A stretch of 64,000 nt of DNA from IMG/VR virus record IMGVR_UViG_3300023109_000014, positions 1 to 64,000 of that record; one strand, 5' to 3'. A program made the position numbers and the translations under genes. The DNA is from a virus. Below are positions 61,301-64,000 of this stretch, in pieces. The first letter of the stretch is position 1. Every line of letters starts with the position of its first letter. The notes under the pieces are model-generated. The model had not been told where the DNA came from and made no database searches. It worked only from the letters and a program-made list of their open reading frames with translations.

Positions 61301-64000
61301 AAAAAATTAAACAAGCTAACCAATTAAAGAGAGGTTCTCAATTTAAGTTTCAAGAGAGTATAAATAGGTTATCTAAGAAATTTAATATTGATGAGGGCGC
61401 TTCTCTGGGAAGTAAGGTCGCAAGATTGCAGGGTCACTTTGATCGCAATCCTGCACTCCAATCAAAAAGTAGTTGGATGGATAGAGAAAAAGCTATTCAA
61501 ATGAACGTTCTTAAGAACAGAAGACTCGCTAAACAAAAAAGAGATGGCAAGAAACTTTTAACAGATCAAGATTTAACGGATGCAAATGGTAACTCTGTAG
61601 ATAGCCTTGTCGCTCAAAGAGCAAAACGTTTAAAAGAGGGTGGAGCTAAAATGTTAGATAGTAATCTTTTTGCGTCAGATGTTGGTCGACAAAAACAATT
61701 AAAGCAAAATGTTGATGATTGGGCAAATAAAAGAGGCGATTACCACTTAGGCACAGTTGGTAATGTGAGTTATAGCCCAGAAACACTAAATTTGGAGAAA
61801 AAGATGAAGCTTTCTCAAAAACAGAAAGGTATGGTTATCGCTGATTTTGATAAAGAAAATATTCATGGAGAAAGAAGAGAAACTGCAATCAAATTGTATG
61901 ACAAAGAAATTCAAGATTACATGGTTAAATTTGAGGAAAGTAAAGCGAAAGATGTTCTTAATTATAAATTAATTAATCCAACTGTAACGAAAAGCGCTGT
62001 AGAAGATCAGAAAAAATTCCAAGACCTCCAAAGCAAACATAGTCACTGGGATGAAGTTATATCTAGCAACGAGTCTACAGATGATTTCGAATCTCTATAT
62101 AAACAAAAACAGGAAGCTTTTCAAGATTGGGATTTGGTTCGAGGCTTACCTAATATGATGAAGCATACCGCTACCATGCAGGCTGCTGGAAGGAAGCAAG
62201 CTGGATTTTTCTTAGAGCCAGATGTAGCTGTTGGAGCAATTCCTTACAAAGAGATTAAAAGCGAAAAAGCTTCCTTAAATAAACATTTAAGTACTGCAGG
62301 GCTATCGATGGATTGGTGGCGACAAAAAGATGTTGGCTCCAGACCCGCAGAATTTAATAAATTATTAATGCGTAACGCTAGAACTCAATCTAAACTTGTT
62401 GGAAAAGATCAAATTTCAGAAGTTGGAGGGGCTAGAATTTCTGGAAATTTAGGTCAAGGCGTTATAGATGGAGATAGGGCAAAACAAGACTTTACTAATA
62501 TAGTCGATCCTGATGGAAACCTTGCTCGTTCTGGGCATGATAGGGCTAAGGGAGCCCTCATGAAAGTAATCAAGAATGACTGGGACTTATTTGACCTCAA
62601 TAAAGATGGAAAGTTAACTTCTGAAGAAATATCAATTATGGGTGGAACGTTTGATCCTACTAAGTTTACTTCTTCCGCTATTACTGGAAAGAATAATGAT
62701 CCCTATAGCGAGCTGCAAAGAAATATGTTTGGCGCTAGAGCGGGCACAATTACGCCTGAAGTTTTTCAAGATTTACTTTCTTTTGATAAGGCAGTTAGCG
62801 GGGGAAATGAAGACGGCGTACTCGATCGAAATGAAATTTTTGCAAACGATCCAGAGAAGGGTAATGAAATTATACAAACTAGAGTCAAAGACTTTTTGAC
62901 AAAAAAATATGTCAAGGAAGTTTCACCTTATGGAGAAACTTTAAAGCACGGGCTTGAGTCATATTTCACTGGTTCGGACGAAGGCGGACTTTCCTCAATT
63001 AATACGTGGAAAGAATTATCTAATCTTGAGAAATCTAATTTGCCAGAAAATATTAGAGAAGAGTATTCTTCTGCCAAGACAGAAGCGGAAGCTTTGATTA
63101 CTTCCGTTCCTTACCATAAAACAATTATTAATAAAGGTTCAAAATTAGAAGAAGACTCTCAATCGAAGTTTGGGAAATTGTTTGACATGAAAGAAAGGAT
63201 AAAGCTTTCTCCTTCAGAAATTGAAGCGGGTGGACAGCTAAACCTTCAGTTAAAAAGTATGAAGGGAAAAGAGGCTACTCCCGCTTACAAACAAAAGAAA
63301 GCTCAGTTTGATTCCTTAATGCAAAGAAAGCAAGATTATAAAAATATAGAAAAAGAACTTAATTCATCTTTTACAGAAGATGGAATGATTAAGGGTCGAC
63401 CATTTAGCTTGCCTCATTTTTTAACTAAAAAAGGTTTGCTTAATTCTGGAGATATTAAACAAAATCCAAACTGGGCTCCTGCTAGCATAGATGACAATTG
63501 GAAAAATTATGATGAAAAATATTTTGGAAATGTTCAGGGTGTTGCCAGACAGATAGATGCTGTGCAGGCAGCTACCGTAGATTCAAATATTGGTGTATCT
63601 GTCGGTGGTGGCGTTGCCGATGCAGAGGAAAATAAATTCTTTAATGAAACCATAAGAAAGGCGAAGGAAGAAAAAGTTACCAAAGAAAGAGAAAAGTTTC
63701 TTAAAGAAAATACCAACGAAAGAGCAAGAAAAATATTTGAACAAGAAATGATTGGAGCAGACCCTTCTTCTAGAAACTTGTTTGATCCTTCTGCGAATAT
63801 TAAGCTTCAGGCGCAAGGTTTTAGAAGTGGAGAAAAGCAGGCGCAGGAAAAGCGTGACGAAGGCTTAAAACGTATGGTTGATAATGCAAAACAAAGAAAT
63901 GCGCAGCGTCAAGCTTTTACAGATGTTAGAGATCCGTTGCAGTTTATACAAAATTACAGCAGCGATTACAACGAAAGAAAAGGTCAGCTCTGGAGAAATG
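37378..64000 (+). CDS. giant tape measure protein fused to a multi-effector array (>8,870 aa, 3'-incomplete)
   Basis: ATG 37378 MAQENIRVRVK; TP901-type TMP core (EFARQG...LTRLSG...NRLANVDAAFAVSSKDLADGLARAG...TARGGAVIGNSFKSIFTRL); no in-frame stop in the lines translated, and no ORF in this frame in the track, consistent with running off the window. Confidence 0.92.
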   Translation, partial: MAQENIRVRVKAIGLDQDIANQAKIGEKKIKPIKLSLNEKGLVQPLGRITGQMGEFEKSMDAAVARVFAFGAAVSVINGVSSALKAMAQSAMEVQKALKDINVIMNMSESALQNFGGALFDVARDTASSFDDISAAATEFARQGLSADETLQRIADAMTLTRLSGMDSVEAVNALTAAINGFNDAAINSSDIVNRLANVDAAFAVSSKDLADGLARAGATAQAAKVEFNELLAAVTSVQQQTARGGAVIGNSFKSIFTRLQRSSVKEAMEAIGVATQDASGSFRSGMAILQDYARGYDNLSDSQKAATDELVAGVFQVNNLKALIKDLNSEFSIYDQALKTANSSTNEATQRNQELNKTMSALMTQTGLSIKELAAGLGEMTLGPGIEKVLETVKSLSDGLNNLIGEDTGSSIGKTLLKGIGSFISGPGMVLIGGAFIKLFAFVAQQGSSALKSIFSINSETKRQEGLQAAILQILMNEESIRQKILGGAASQAAKEQTILSVLKKQTMERQAQDALLKKIAASSTLANVAISNQGTIVPHGRGSRAAAGRKDLGMSKGYVPPATKDSKFIPSFEAEQKDIERRVGGATKSASPVLIKGFQKTKTQKQDVVANTDEVVVENYMGSGASAILNKNMAQRFSFDNGVEKYYSAAEYGSKNFYSSGYVPNFKATNKQVIKLNAAGQGIITAEAGKSEVGKNHTVTASSVFDGPVPPAFKGSKFEARNFTVGRLEQSKGGFHSIVDKHMTTALRDVAQDVVPGGKVKGSGPLSDYLDKSAGPQFTGRIFEATLNYIKNSVVKNDPGTAGWDFPGGQFQKNLTTAFNLDSRKGKNVDAKVSSSKKNIGSGIKKIIDSRGGYKNLKQYKDFEKQNKTKKASAVGKPRASKGMIPSNTASVPNFVSTWGKPELLKKIREKNLSRAQKDIKGFDGMKATNEWSGQLPIIQVADKKTGTTTRFTYGKGEYDNENKTDILYSERAKGVDVNDPSMKGGANRNFDKIAEFTGKRSWKNKEIHSTFDQIRASSGKTPWETIINSFPQLKQRVKPGMSTSGTFQIGTDEIEYRNIKSLKTKVNKWVKENGIESFNNWSEANLGFNTKNSILSGTASGEYFAMDAYTKILKKGDKHFNRDEKAGFYSQGTVPNFIIDKNTERSILLKQWQGKLDQARTLAKSGKPRAQTDPQISQLNGEANGIWSQIVKMQSPQKPKTKNEKSHSEGLIPNFSSYLDAGSNVDKSFGGGIVPNFVKVGETNLERDRLLKQWQGKLAQAKTLSQSGKPRAQIDPQISQLNAEANGVWSQIQSLKTSKKEKTGKLGKGSTLRRSEGLVPALAKGGIPNFSEDKMREETLSRTISKMSEGLVPNFALKRNAGLRKFYDFDETLGTYSKNVKSKDLFQAESAGLAKPTPLAKELEGQAVTILTARAKQSTPFIEEKLKKWGINPEKIMTTADMFNNLKIANDGSGKIIKAQGGRISGYRNLKPAEKKAILLERIWKKQGGQYDLIDDAIENIEAIKNLRNENITGTHYQFSGQHSGRGSGNAEGLVPNFVQSENTQKDLVPNFAAKSMPVPGYLEKVSREIQSAGGSAQIVGGAPRDFLMGKFPKDWDVEVFGLEQEKLQKILSPSLTKEGLVGKDFGVFKAKSGGQDFEFSMPRREKKVGVGHRGFEVEVDPNMGRKEAAQRRDLTINSISYDPLTKKFIDPLGGRKDLQDGIMKPTSPRFKEDPLRVLRSMQMAGRFNLSADKELVNYSREMTGQFKDLPKERVREEWMKWASKSTNPEKGLQFLKESGWIKHFPEIDQLQGVPQSPKHHPEGDVFNHTKLVTNAMANNKNWQMLPEKERGKLMFSALTHDFGKVTNTQISKDGAITSYGHEKAGVAPMKSFLGRIMSQGEASKLSKDLTPFVERHMFHSNFPQNLTQKSINRLTKDVGDLSKFQILLESDMGKNLSDDVTARKFTQVDEKNINKMSSIAKESGIYKEPPKPIVQGRDLMQEKLIEPGPQMGSVLKHLEEAQISGEFKTKKGGIEYFKNNKEDILKRINKFTPKGRMLRGRASGEVPEKINYSQGLVPNFARIPSMFNVKQTKTGKDYVMQKDLELAKTQFPDATFKQWGKNPKMHFISGHKPQNKITKDKVSFASNVDLQEFGSFAAQKGYPEVMGAIVKSTQVKQNSSGNRNYDRLTSWKNKKEEVPNQINIKDAQSLSTEDYKSFPMGKAGADLKRLYNPDSFDNVSNTIFTSSAPQKALAKSAEKFTTNKIENSEDILNFVKKSRGSESISTEQINKLYQEFAEMKGLAVMSDGHVPNFASPAFNKFIKDNIHNKNYKNISDKVTKLNLSVGNAYGVGGDIPQDVKILNRLTSQLSKVTNPLMGPTGKGSRDRVYESKEFAQKFNKTEYDKISKEITTLQKEKFQLSRPSNPDKNPDRVKKIESQILKKKEQATNTQFYKAKSEAVKKEDQGIERLFQEKFTVQKDQIVSPTGKTVSTKDLNSIEEEFNEYMFAKQQKRTNTNEELVLPNFSVTAPETVPNFVNVKAMRELAKRGATEGERAAAQNMLAKHGFKSKTITSRSWHDKIFLENYIKNNGPKSDLEMLIKKGYAEKELVSLKKQYQNDPQSVKIANHGIVPSFSKQKDRISEADYETQLYKENFKDSSQKQNVNNFSFVDDRTTSSSGSQSFAEGMVSKDVSSSSSSVDSKSFASGTVSNISSQETETLATGFIPNFGIQSDRIKEASQASQLYGQNVGYKDTQVKKLEINGKKERVVVNNKEKFYSTGSEVQKAFSLPFKPNGGMVLPPKNTKVGKERSREFSSLVNSFSSGVTPTADSSPPTLAYGAMPNFAVFRKYSPNTLRKSKIKDYSNEEFSSISRALSEFNLMSMGSRGGLMGQKLKSESRAEGLFKTKTQEQKDDFRQFFNSREFRSLTKNVQEKLKVDFPDLSRGYGYNVDPFAVRQLENVSAGTVPNYANLSLYRGQKKSTIDKPSVGKNMPSFGGAQTPRDIINIIQNFVKSHVSGPLSGRRDIGELDNVAPSGATSFSTSETVAKKFAGGGLNKPAKDNILSTQVPEKNVFNKKKILKLLNRGANPKKGQYPEVEKFKKAMASGQIQKWAEQAGGLFLNVSGRRNDKSLQKFNKTEYGRKEYDFYDRPMSSIVPESDIGWNPSGTKQISPHENEVMQIFDEGIVPNFSGAAGSAGRQKNKAYQDDPDNIIDLRPFTTFDYSLLFPQRGAGKSKDETLRGSGPYAKKYQSQFLVGWNAKGINPKIPKEADKIAKIGDAVERDVKTIVKAHSENFVRAFGEEKIRIQDSSAIDGVVQKHFNEGTLTAMAGNAFEAAANTAFSNVPVNAGGGDFDVRGPTDQLRRFFNWPSAHGSVGDFKANSQSGDIKASMADKILKELDYRGLLSGQVAKEKADFDQYDKDKAAKNKAATISRFKNVPGSNSLRGGITQKAPKGSAPSESNQQHSKIVGSSRSGQEQEDFYFSQDKNLSLGWVPNFKINQNLAGDSVPSFIDKPKEQLNNSLKVKSEKVDLQKSLKAKKGTSVDSQNELRSQNVSNASAKKFESIINNRFIDSQENKKFSSSSFADSAQSKSLQFSRSSSNLSSDFLNTRSENKVSKDASVDSQTYSQGMVSKDASVDSQTYSQGMVSKDNQVPSKSLEASKFDLTTIHRLRDKFLSREEAVQKNISPSERKLALPKGKKQEGNSELINSIYSHGKDFSADRLSNGYIPNFAINANNYSKTNDALGSAIKRENQAGIPMNKIRVGQSNRLKNEKNPGGVGVFNTIDEPRGLNQGISRSISQGINPHKHGLVSSGYVPQQTINVPNFVGRFIPKMFKGGSKGGKGVDAPIPTSGGGGGGMLGGGGGLMNTIFMGQMMFGGIEGKTGTAGGYAADATGDALQIAGITSMITDKKKWVALAATVGALNGMLDQYSKSLKMQGEQIQKNIQINGKAIESATQVVSAQTRLNSAIESGNTDNISKAIESLQKEIERFPTNGSDAIIKLRSDLVGAGGDVEIMSKALESFSQSALKVSKLGELTVKTQAVNENREGLIFGMGPSQLPEWMGGAKGDLKEEGSNEIRQIGRESVTNLALAEDQVSAFSSKISKIDFTKMSPDDIKSTIKEFSRTLDEETRVLFDQIVDNVPDDAVVDFTMGIGEQLKLRKSSIEAGKAVGKTSQALGNLKSTIVNLSTAVSRSISELNSNISKAFDIAENQLNSELSIMTGMNYISPKEANETKEQFEVTRIESEAAAGTEFEVSKFVSQLIKDTKLDDVEGKDASIFSGKLGNILSKMGERANPLQDEDPRFMANEIVSAISQMDPADRTQGEQELLDAVKQIGDKAASQITLLKQANELASRQQTMQSRMNLQNAQIDMERDGDTLSQFSWSQGLEPRTQLDKDMQTRSSMDMIGLLEPLFGPSEDLTKMKQDVGVQNAIGNVQRILLGMGIENDAGFDAGANEDISMQTMISEMQKVLAQGDLNKGQEKIVNYMVGQLKKQEAAISATPQNTEDLKRQTVQSTSDVLGVDLSEVGIDLESLDFSSLNAIADQLAEDGVEIKYLSSIEENTKVMAAKLNDAQGITKEDIISAIQNIQIKDAEKVEKRKEAVKQKEDTRSKIQDIAISGADVKVEGGADINVGGSTTINANPQSSQPPQPQFNPFVPNFAKDESSNNKQSPMRGFVKSLKRDNNTENRGFEKFDGKTFTGGKALQVANYYPGAIDSIYREVDVLENRGVQNAISKIQLTVPSTSNSTTKYQGPVVTNMMDEGSVSAQSYLNKINNVHNLKHSDSNFSIAGAVPNFASSSQSRGSVNASVRNVNAKSIANNISRINQKSDWKMARGEESAGKTYSSGAALRVANYYPETKEMLDQEISILKSRGIDSPLSQVQLTVPDENTTTFQNKNTLDPTISNRFDDGSVSISNYTKKIRNAHKVGLLTPQKPASVGEHARERAKNLVNNEQALRNQLHENILKKRKSVVLSEELKSRNESIDEPEAKKINITEKEGLKYEGGTFSAGAALRVAKYYPGATESIFREIRSLEEKGVSSPLDQVQLTIPEKGSKEFSSYNGPVVTNKIDEGGVSSKNYLNKIRSVHKVTPNEGQFASVGMPNIDAKSQYTRGAINSFSQFDYVPNFSKTEGRAKGIIRSARELSIAMEKMNELPENITPSQIAEFNQKGSAVLENINSLGNPNQQTLTKTQKALVSKMQDPEVVKTFQSIGIDNFNSDLAQFVNPDSLGEPPQPARFNPLVIQSAETGRAVESGTKVLPRDIKSGKFNVAQVMLNDENLDEFIEPSESKNIQAVVQSSQDSGQKFNENKKKLQEKRPNYASGKGTRYTDEPTAPKAGTLTTAKKEGFVGIESHGPSKALATQVRNEENALKNTTKELVKDGEGGFMRNASSWIRKKLQTIRFLDGSSNEQKQGMSIEKENAVLKQIEDDGIVRYPSDDSASPLEKSPEFKQQISEVLDNQDLSSQERGTSQIEQQTETWRKREHSLTEKIQRATKARQLKRQRSRAQELGSAERQRKTNLDAKNKRQEAKEREKRKVREIQERQIDEGLGRQKIGTNSETGKSIYHYDNPQLRELSSWDKLKHHMLKFVGLDEGSYYEEVERQNKIVRNKQMQDIATGGINTQQSKSMSTLEKLKLMSERDVLIESSEFAKETDGQKILRGTPGERRKSSLFDIQQKAGVGGKPAVINLAGDISSQTNIAGSSSKSSSLTQLSQSRAAEAQPTLMDKIRNVKKQLSEKFGKVTLSPTSSASVLQEYDILDSSGRVVAKMGSNGEVLPFEVDNSPVIYNAQGQKIGADKVIQVQEKQFALQSSPMNDGQLSTSVNQSDVLEQKALFDIGEKIKSGAPISSAETNLVQNWANKNSELVGSINADDVDNALLLENNVVDNKQIRIGRMGEELSNLTSVTNAANAEAQVESLIKDPQFVDSATRTMPGDNLHLQRVFDSIDDKNRKTKSTPIKTETALDRVKSNANINQRANALSKEMVSRDIRKNSSLELQKRLRLNKGFDTTELNTKFSNEKSRLEELLKNPSIPSDKKVGLNEDLKILTRNRNEHLNTLRPGFMERKEILINEQFKNIMRDTGLMSLTGGGADGVSSNDPVNQFMKDKLGPKVWNMDGNFVKTKQHLASAIFGEEHKFNKELTESLVDRQLRSTILNTKSETFGLSDHMRSNLIDMDKFVGMGLGDEFLNSAKKQGLHQSDIGVSKMVDFMDLMDPAGNKIDGEGKQKLKKQGIQKIFQKIQNGELFSQTAIRGRTVPIIPKDAETVLKNLSGESTSAQINAARLIENEQKISSLAAEKGSGVISQSNLKIAASELEAGDINENGIDFDKVRMSSEEISNVQSMMDSIDADPDQKTDQRVSQLSEALDPQSSNESVRSLSQLKSLELEADRAAEKAEFKKLLSLGSGATPEDVGRMSDLLQLHDQKIELGRSSNFDLEDVNQARTTIKNTAKEKVATASSTIGKELSQKSEPGQAQKRAIEELEKIDQADPVEQAEAIRSTNQEAEAKVRSASLDQGEDIVQQTVDQVEDVDETWKETKESHMSDPDRAASAGRLEELGEKYRAIIQSATDSKAWRTTRSLTKNVLGAGMGLVHLPGKAKDLTTEAYGSVKERIDAFKKAQAEKFNKRKAEQIKHPDGKSSGNFEQQEKSRVIDAKLAQLPNTKTSRGDSSLDDSLQKTKRFHIDGENMTPFEQDLHDRMTGKVRVKDSAGKTVETFYDKKIASVITNSDVGRISRVEDSITGSSYTNRGLKLRNLLPGTASRNIEGRSFIPPALQEIASLGGLDGQGSKLKLDKEGLAQRAKNIGSEIFTGKLSSPVQSLFSTKEFQTQLAETKSSGAHVAIPEEFSKTVKYGKKGEASVLDIDGAADELIKETRLIDHVGDDGKLTSFSSDEFQAFRESEFQKIEQRFAGVDNPADPVQNEQRITQINEQKEMFDNKILANNAVDESGQVVGRNTLTSEAARKRIANIQKMSVSDGMIRKQKAISDAANFGGGSARGMTVSSLINIGAIGLAQTETGMSTIDSLAGSFDFSRKDKFGVRLAGGELATSSGVSVKSQQHLLNEEKMSQLKSMAESKRDGDRAATEKYRTQGKDFLESTGLAEAGSAKPILFDTKEEAEQWSKTMTDKHGTQFAGTQNLSASKDGQKILREMGVSFSQEELIAGQSGATVVGATGGLLAESGAMALKARIGINGTRMTTGAALRIGATQAFLPGLAIEAGIATGEHFRDSHSGHLFSVAGIDVDEGEALGLAGYMAGGAVAGTFLGGPMGAVVGGLAGAGAYGARVAIGEHVNFDPDEINSGTFRMSPDELKARQQEIIELARSKSNEIRKIMDTAAMSNYTSRNKKIKSDFVSEEGFETFYERSEMQKQQRLLTEKASIIRESFLLAEKMDAKILANRELKQKGEVNDNWFAEDDPVFKQNYTADAISKILSDTTSLYDPNMFTDIKTMRKMAKEGKTQNEIHAEMQSADFKFERINPDTGQMETIMPNTEEALAQRGIKSQKYLSGLGRINDFNAKQGLMRSSTDFASASSVEEAIEIGSMSQGQFEEEKLRWNPKSEGKFAKLKDRRHKLFYSEGKKITNHDQWLEAIQRGQLDYGRINYPMEMAQVMGVPTMEGERVVKNADITSDVKNAFNYFQDKGTLYRKPIQATDRIIESMGMKSKGSDDQGESKIDEWMLGKQDDGWNVQYHPESKSVMMQHEKHGLISFPRGADPSDPRSLESLYEKYMFDITKSKYEDGIIHNNKSGYDPANTAGMSDSDPLRDINSSDQVGFSKSKFKTFEEFDKTIPEEQRVMLSAMSALFKRGEGLNDVRKNRVSTGNKVDEYAQAFEDLKNDHSMYGEFQKAITERNIGINTSKTMIGQAGFDMQKGLGNTSQLENINSELGIKDKAYNFNLGNLSEEDLQSYTSRFSGAIAKKQQDYQVVKEKVSSRQAEISLINKKINSGVNQDEKNKLITKRTKIEEALKQTKIKKGNLESFITAPEKIKQANQLKRGSQFKFQESINRLSKKFNIDEGASLGSKVARLQGHFDRNPALQSKSSWMDREKAIQMNVLKNRRLAKQKRDGKKLLTDQDLTDANGNSVDSLVAQRAKRLKEGGAKMLDSNLFASDVGRQKQLKQNVDDWANKRGDYHLGTVGNVSYSPETLNLEKKMKLSQKQKGMVIADFDKENIHGERRETAIKLYDKEIQDYMVKFEESKAKDVLNYKLINPTVTKSAVEDQKKFQDLQSKHSHWDEVISSNESTDDFESLYKQKQEAFQDWDLVRGLPNMMKHTATMQAAGRKQAGFFLEPDVAVGAIPYKEIKSEKASLNKHLSTAGLSMDWWRQKDVGSRPAEFNKLLMRNARTQSKLVGKDQISEVGGARISGNLGQGVIDGDRAKQDFTNIVDPDGNLARSGHDRAKGALMKVIKNDWDLFDLNKDGKLTSEEISIMGGTFDPTKFTSSAITGKNNDPYSELQRNMFGARAGTITPEVFQDLLSFDKAVSGGNEDGVLDRNEIFANDPEKGNEIIQTRVKDFLTKKYVKEVSPYGETLKHGLESYFTGSDEGGLSSINTWKELSNLEKSNLPENIREEYSSAKTEAEALITSVPYHKTIINKGSKLEEDSQSKFGKLFDMKERIKLSPSEIEAGGQLNLQLKSMKGKEATPAYKQKKAQFDSLMQRKQDYKNIEKELNSSFTEDGMIKGRPFSLPHFLTKKGLLNSGDIKQNPNWAPASIDDNWKNYDEKYFGNVQGVARQIDAVQAATVDSNIGVSVGGGVADAEENKFFNETIRKAKEEKVTKEREKFLKENTNERARKIFEQEMIGADPSSRNLFDPSANIKLQAQGFRSGEKQAQEKRDEGLKRMVDNAKQRNAQRQAFTDVRDPLQFIQNYSSDYNERKGQLWRN
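39382..40056 (+). other. PD-(D/E)xK nuclease-like module 1 in giant protein
   Basis: GRIFEA...WDF...VDAK between VPNF motifs. Confidence 0.5.
41452..41988 (+). other. HAD-superfamily phosphatase module in giant protein
   Basis: motif I FYDFDETL (41488), II ILTAR (41614), III EKK, IV LIDDAIEN (41869). Confidence 0.85.
42043..43557 (+). other. cca: complete class II CCA-adding tRNA nucleotidyltransferase with HD domain in giant protein
   Basis: VGGAPRD..PKDWD, RRDLTIN, DPLGG..DL, EDPLRVLR, ERVREEW.K, HHPEGDVFNHT, HDFGK, GHE, GRDL..PGP..G. Confidence 0.93.
44938..45219 (+). other. DUF2786-like module in giant protein
   Basis: ELAKRGATEGERAAAQNMLAKHG. Confidence 0.5.
46237..46887 (+). other. 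R-S-E class ADP-ribosyltransferase module in giant protein
   Basis: LYRG (46249), TSFSTS.TVAKKFA (46441), ENEV (46852). Confidence 0.75.
46900..47811 (+). other. PD-(D/E)xK nuclease-like module 2 in giant protein
   Basis: GNAFEA...DFDV...GDFK. Confidence 0.5.
48181..48284 (+). repeat. perfect 48-bp tandem repeat (x2 plus partial), in frame
   Basis: tcgaaagacgcttctgtggattcgcaaacttactcgcagggcatggtg twice; encodes SKDASVDSQTYSQGMV. Confidence 0.95.
51420..52620 (+). repeat. three copies of a ~85 aa domain in giant protein
   Basis: AL.VA.YYP...E...L...G....QLT.P...V.N..D[ED]G.VS..Y..KI...H at ~51430, ~51865, ~52355. Confidence 0.85.
62593..62628 (+). other. EF-hand Ca-binding loop in giant protein
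   Basis: FDLNKDGKLTSEE. Confidence 0.6.

Noticed and set aside
37659-63816. Many short ORFs listed in the track across 37.6-63.8 kb
   Set aside because: They are antisense or off-frame shadows of the giant + strand ORF; none shows protein-like motifs
37378-64000. Stop-codon reassignment explaining the long ORF or the gap in the ORF track
   Set aside because: The frame reads open in the standard code, and other genes end normally in TAA, TAG and TGA
1-64000. tRNA or rRNA genes
   Set aside because: No cloverleaf with T-loop GTTCRA in an intergenic context noticed; not formally scanned

Overview
AT-rich segment of a large tailed dsDNA phage genome, with no tail sheath gene recognised (probably siphovirus-like). 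1-14.3 kb is an early/accessory region of small genes, including an ATP-dependent DNA ligase, two HhH-GPD glycosylases, DUF932, GP88-like, WYL-like and a restriction-fold nuclease. Most of these genes have their own sigma70 promoter placed to give a leaderless mRNA, and ten copies of an AAATCG-N5-CGATTT palindrome punctuate the region, eight of them overlapping a sigma54-type GG-N10-GC element. 14.4-18.6 kb holds auxiliary and lysis-like genes (Hsp20, pyrophosphatase, GT29, MbcA/ParS-like antitoxin domain, holin-like, GAF). 18.6-37.3 kb holds a sigma factor, ERCC4 nuclease, terminase, portal, protease/scaffold, capsid, neck, tail tube and chaperones. The main discovery is missing from the ORF track: a single reading frame starting at 37378 that stays open past the window end (>8,870 aa). 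It begins as a TP901-type tape measure protein and then carries an array of modules bounded by about 25 copies of a [SA]xGx[VI]PNF motif. The modules include two PD-(D/E)xK nuclease-like domains, a HAD phosphatase, a complete CCA-adding enzyme with HD domain, a DUF2786-like domain and an R-S-E ADP-ribosyltransferase. This looks like a virion-delivered, possibly proteolytically processed effector polyprotein that includes a tRNA-repair kit. All domain calls come from manual motif reading, not database searches.
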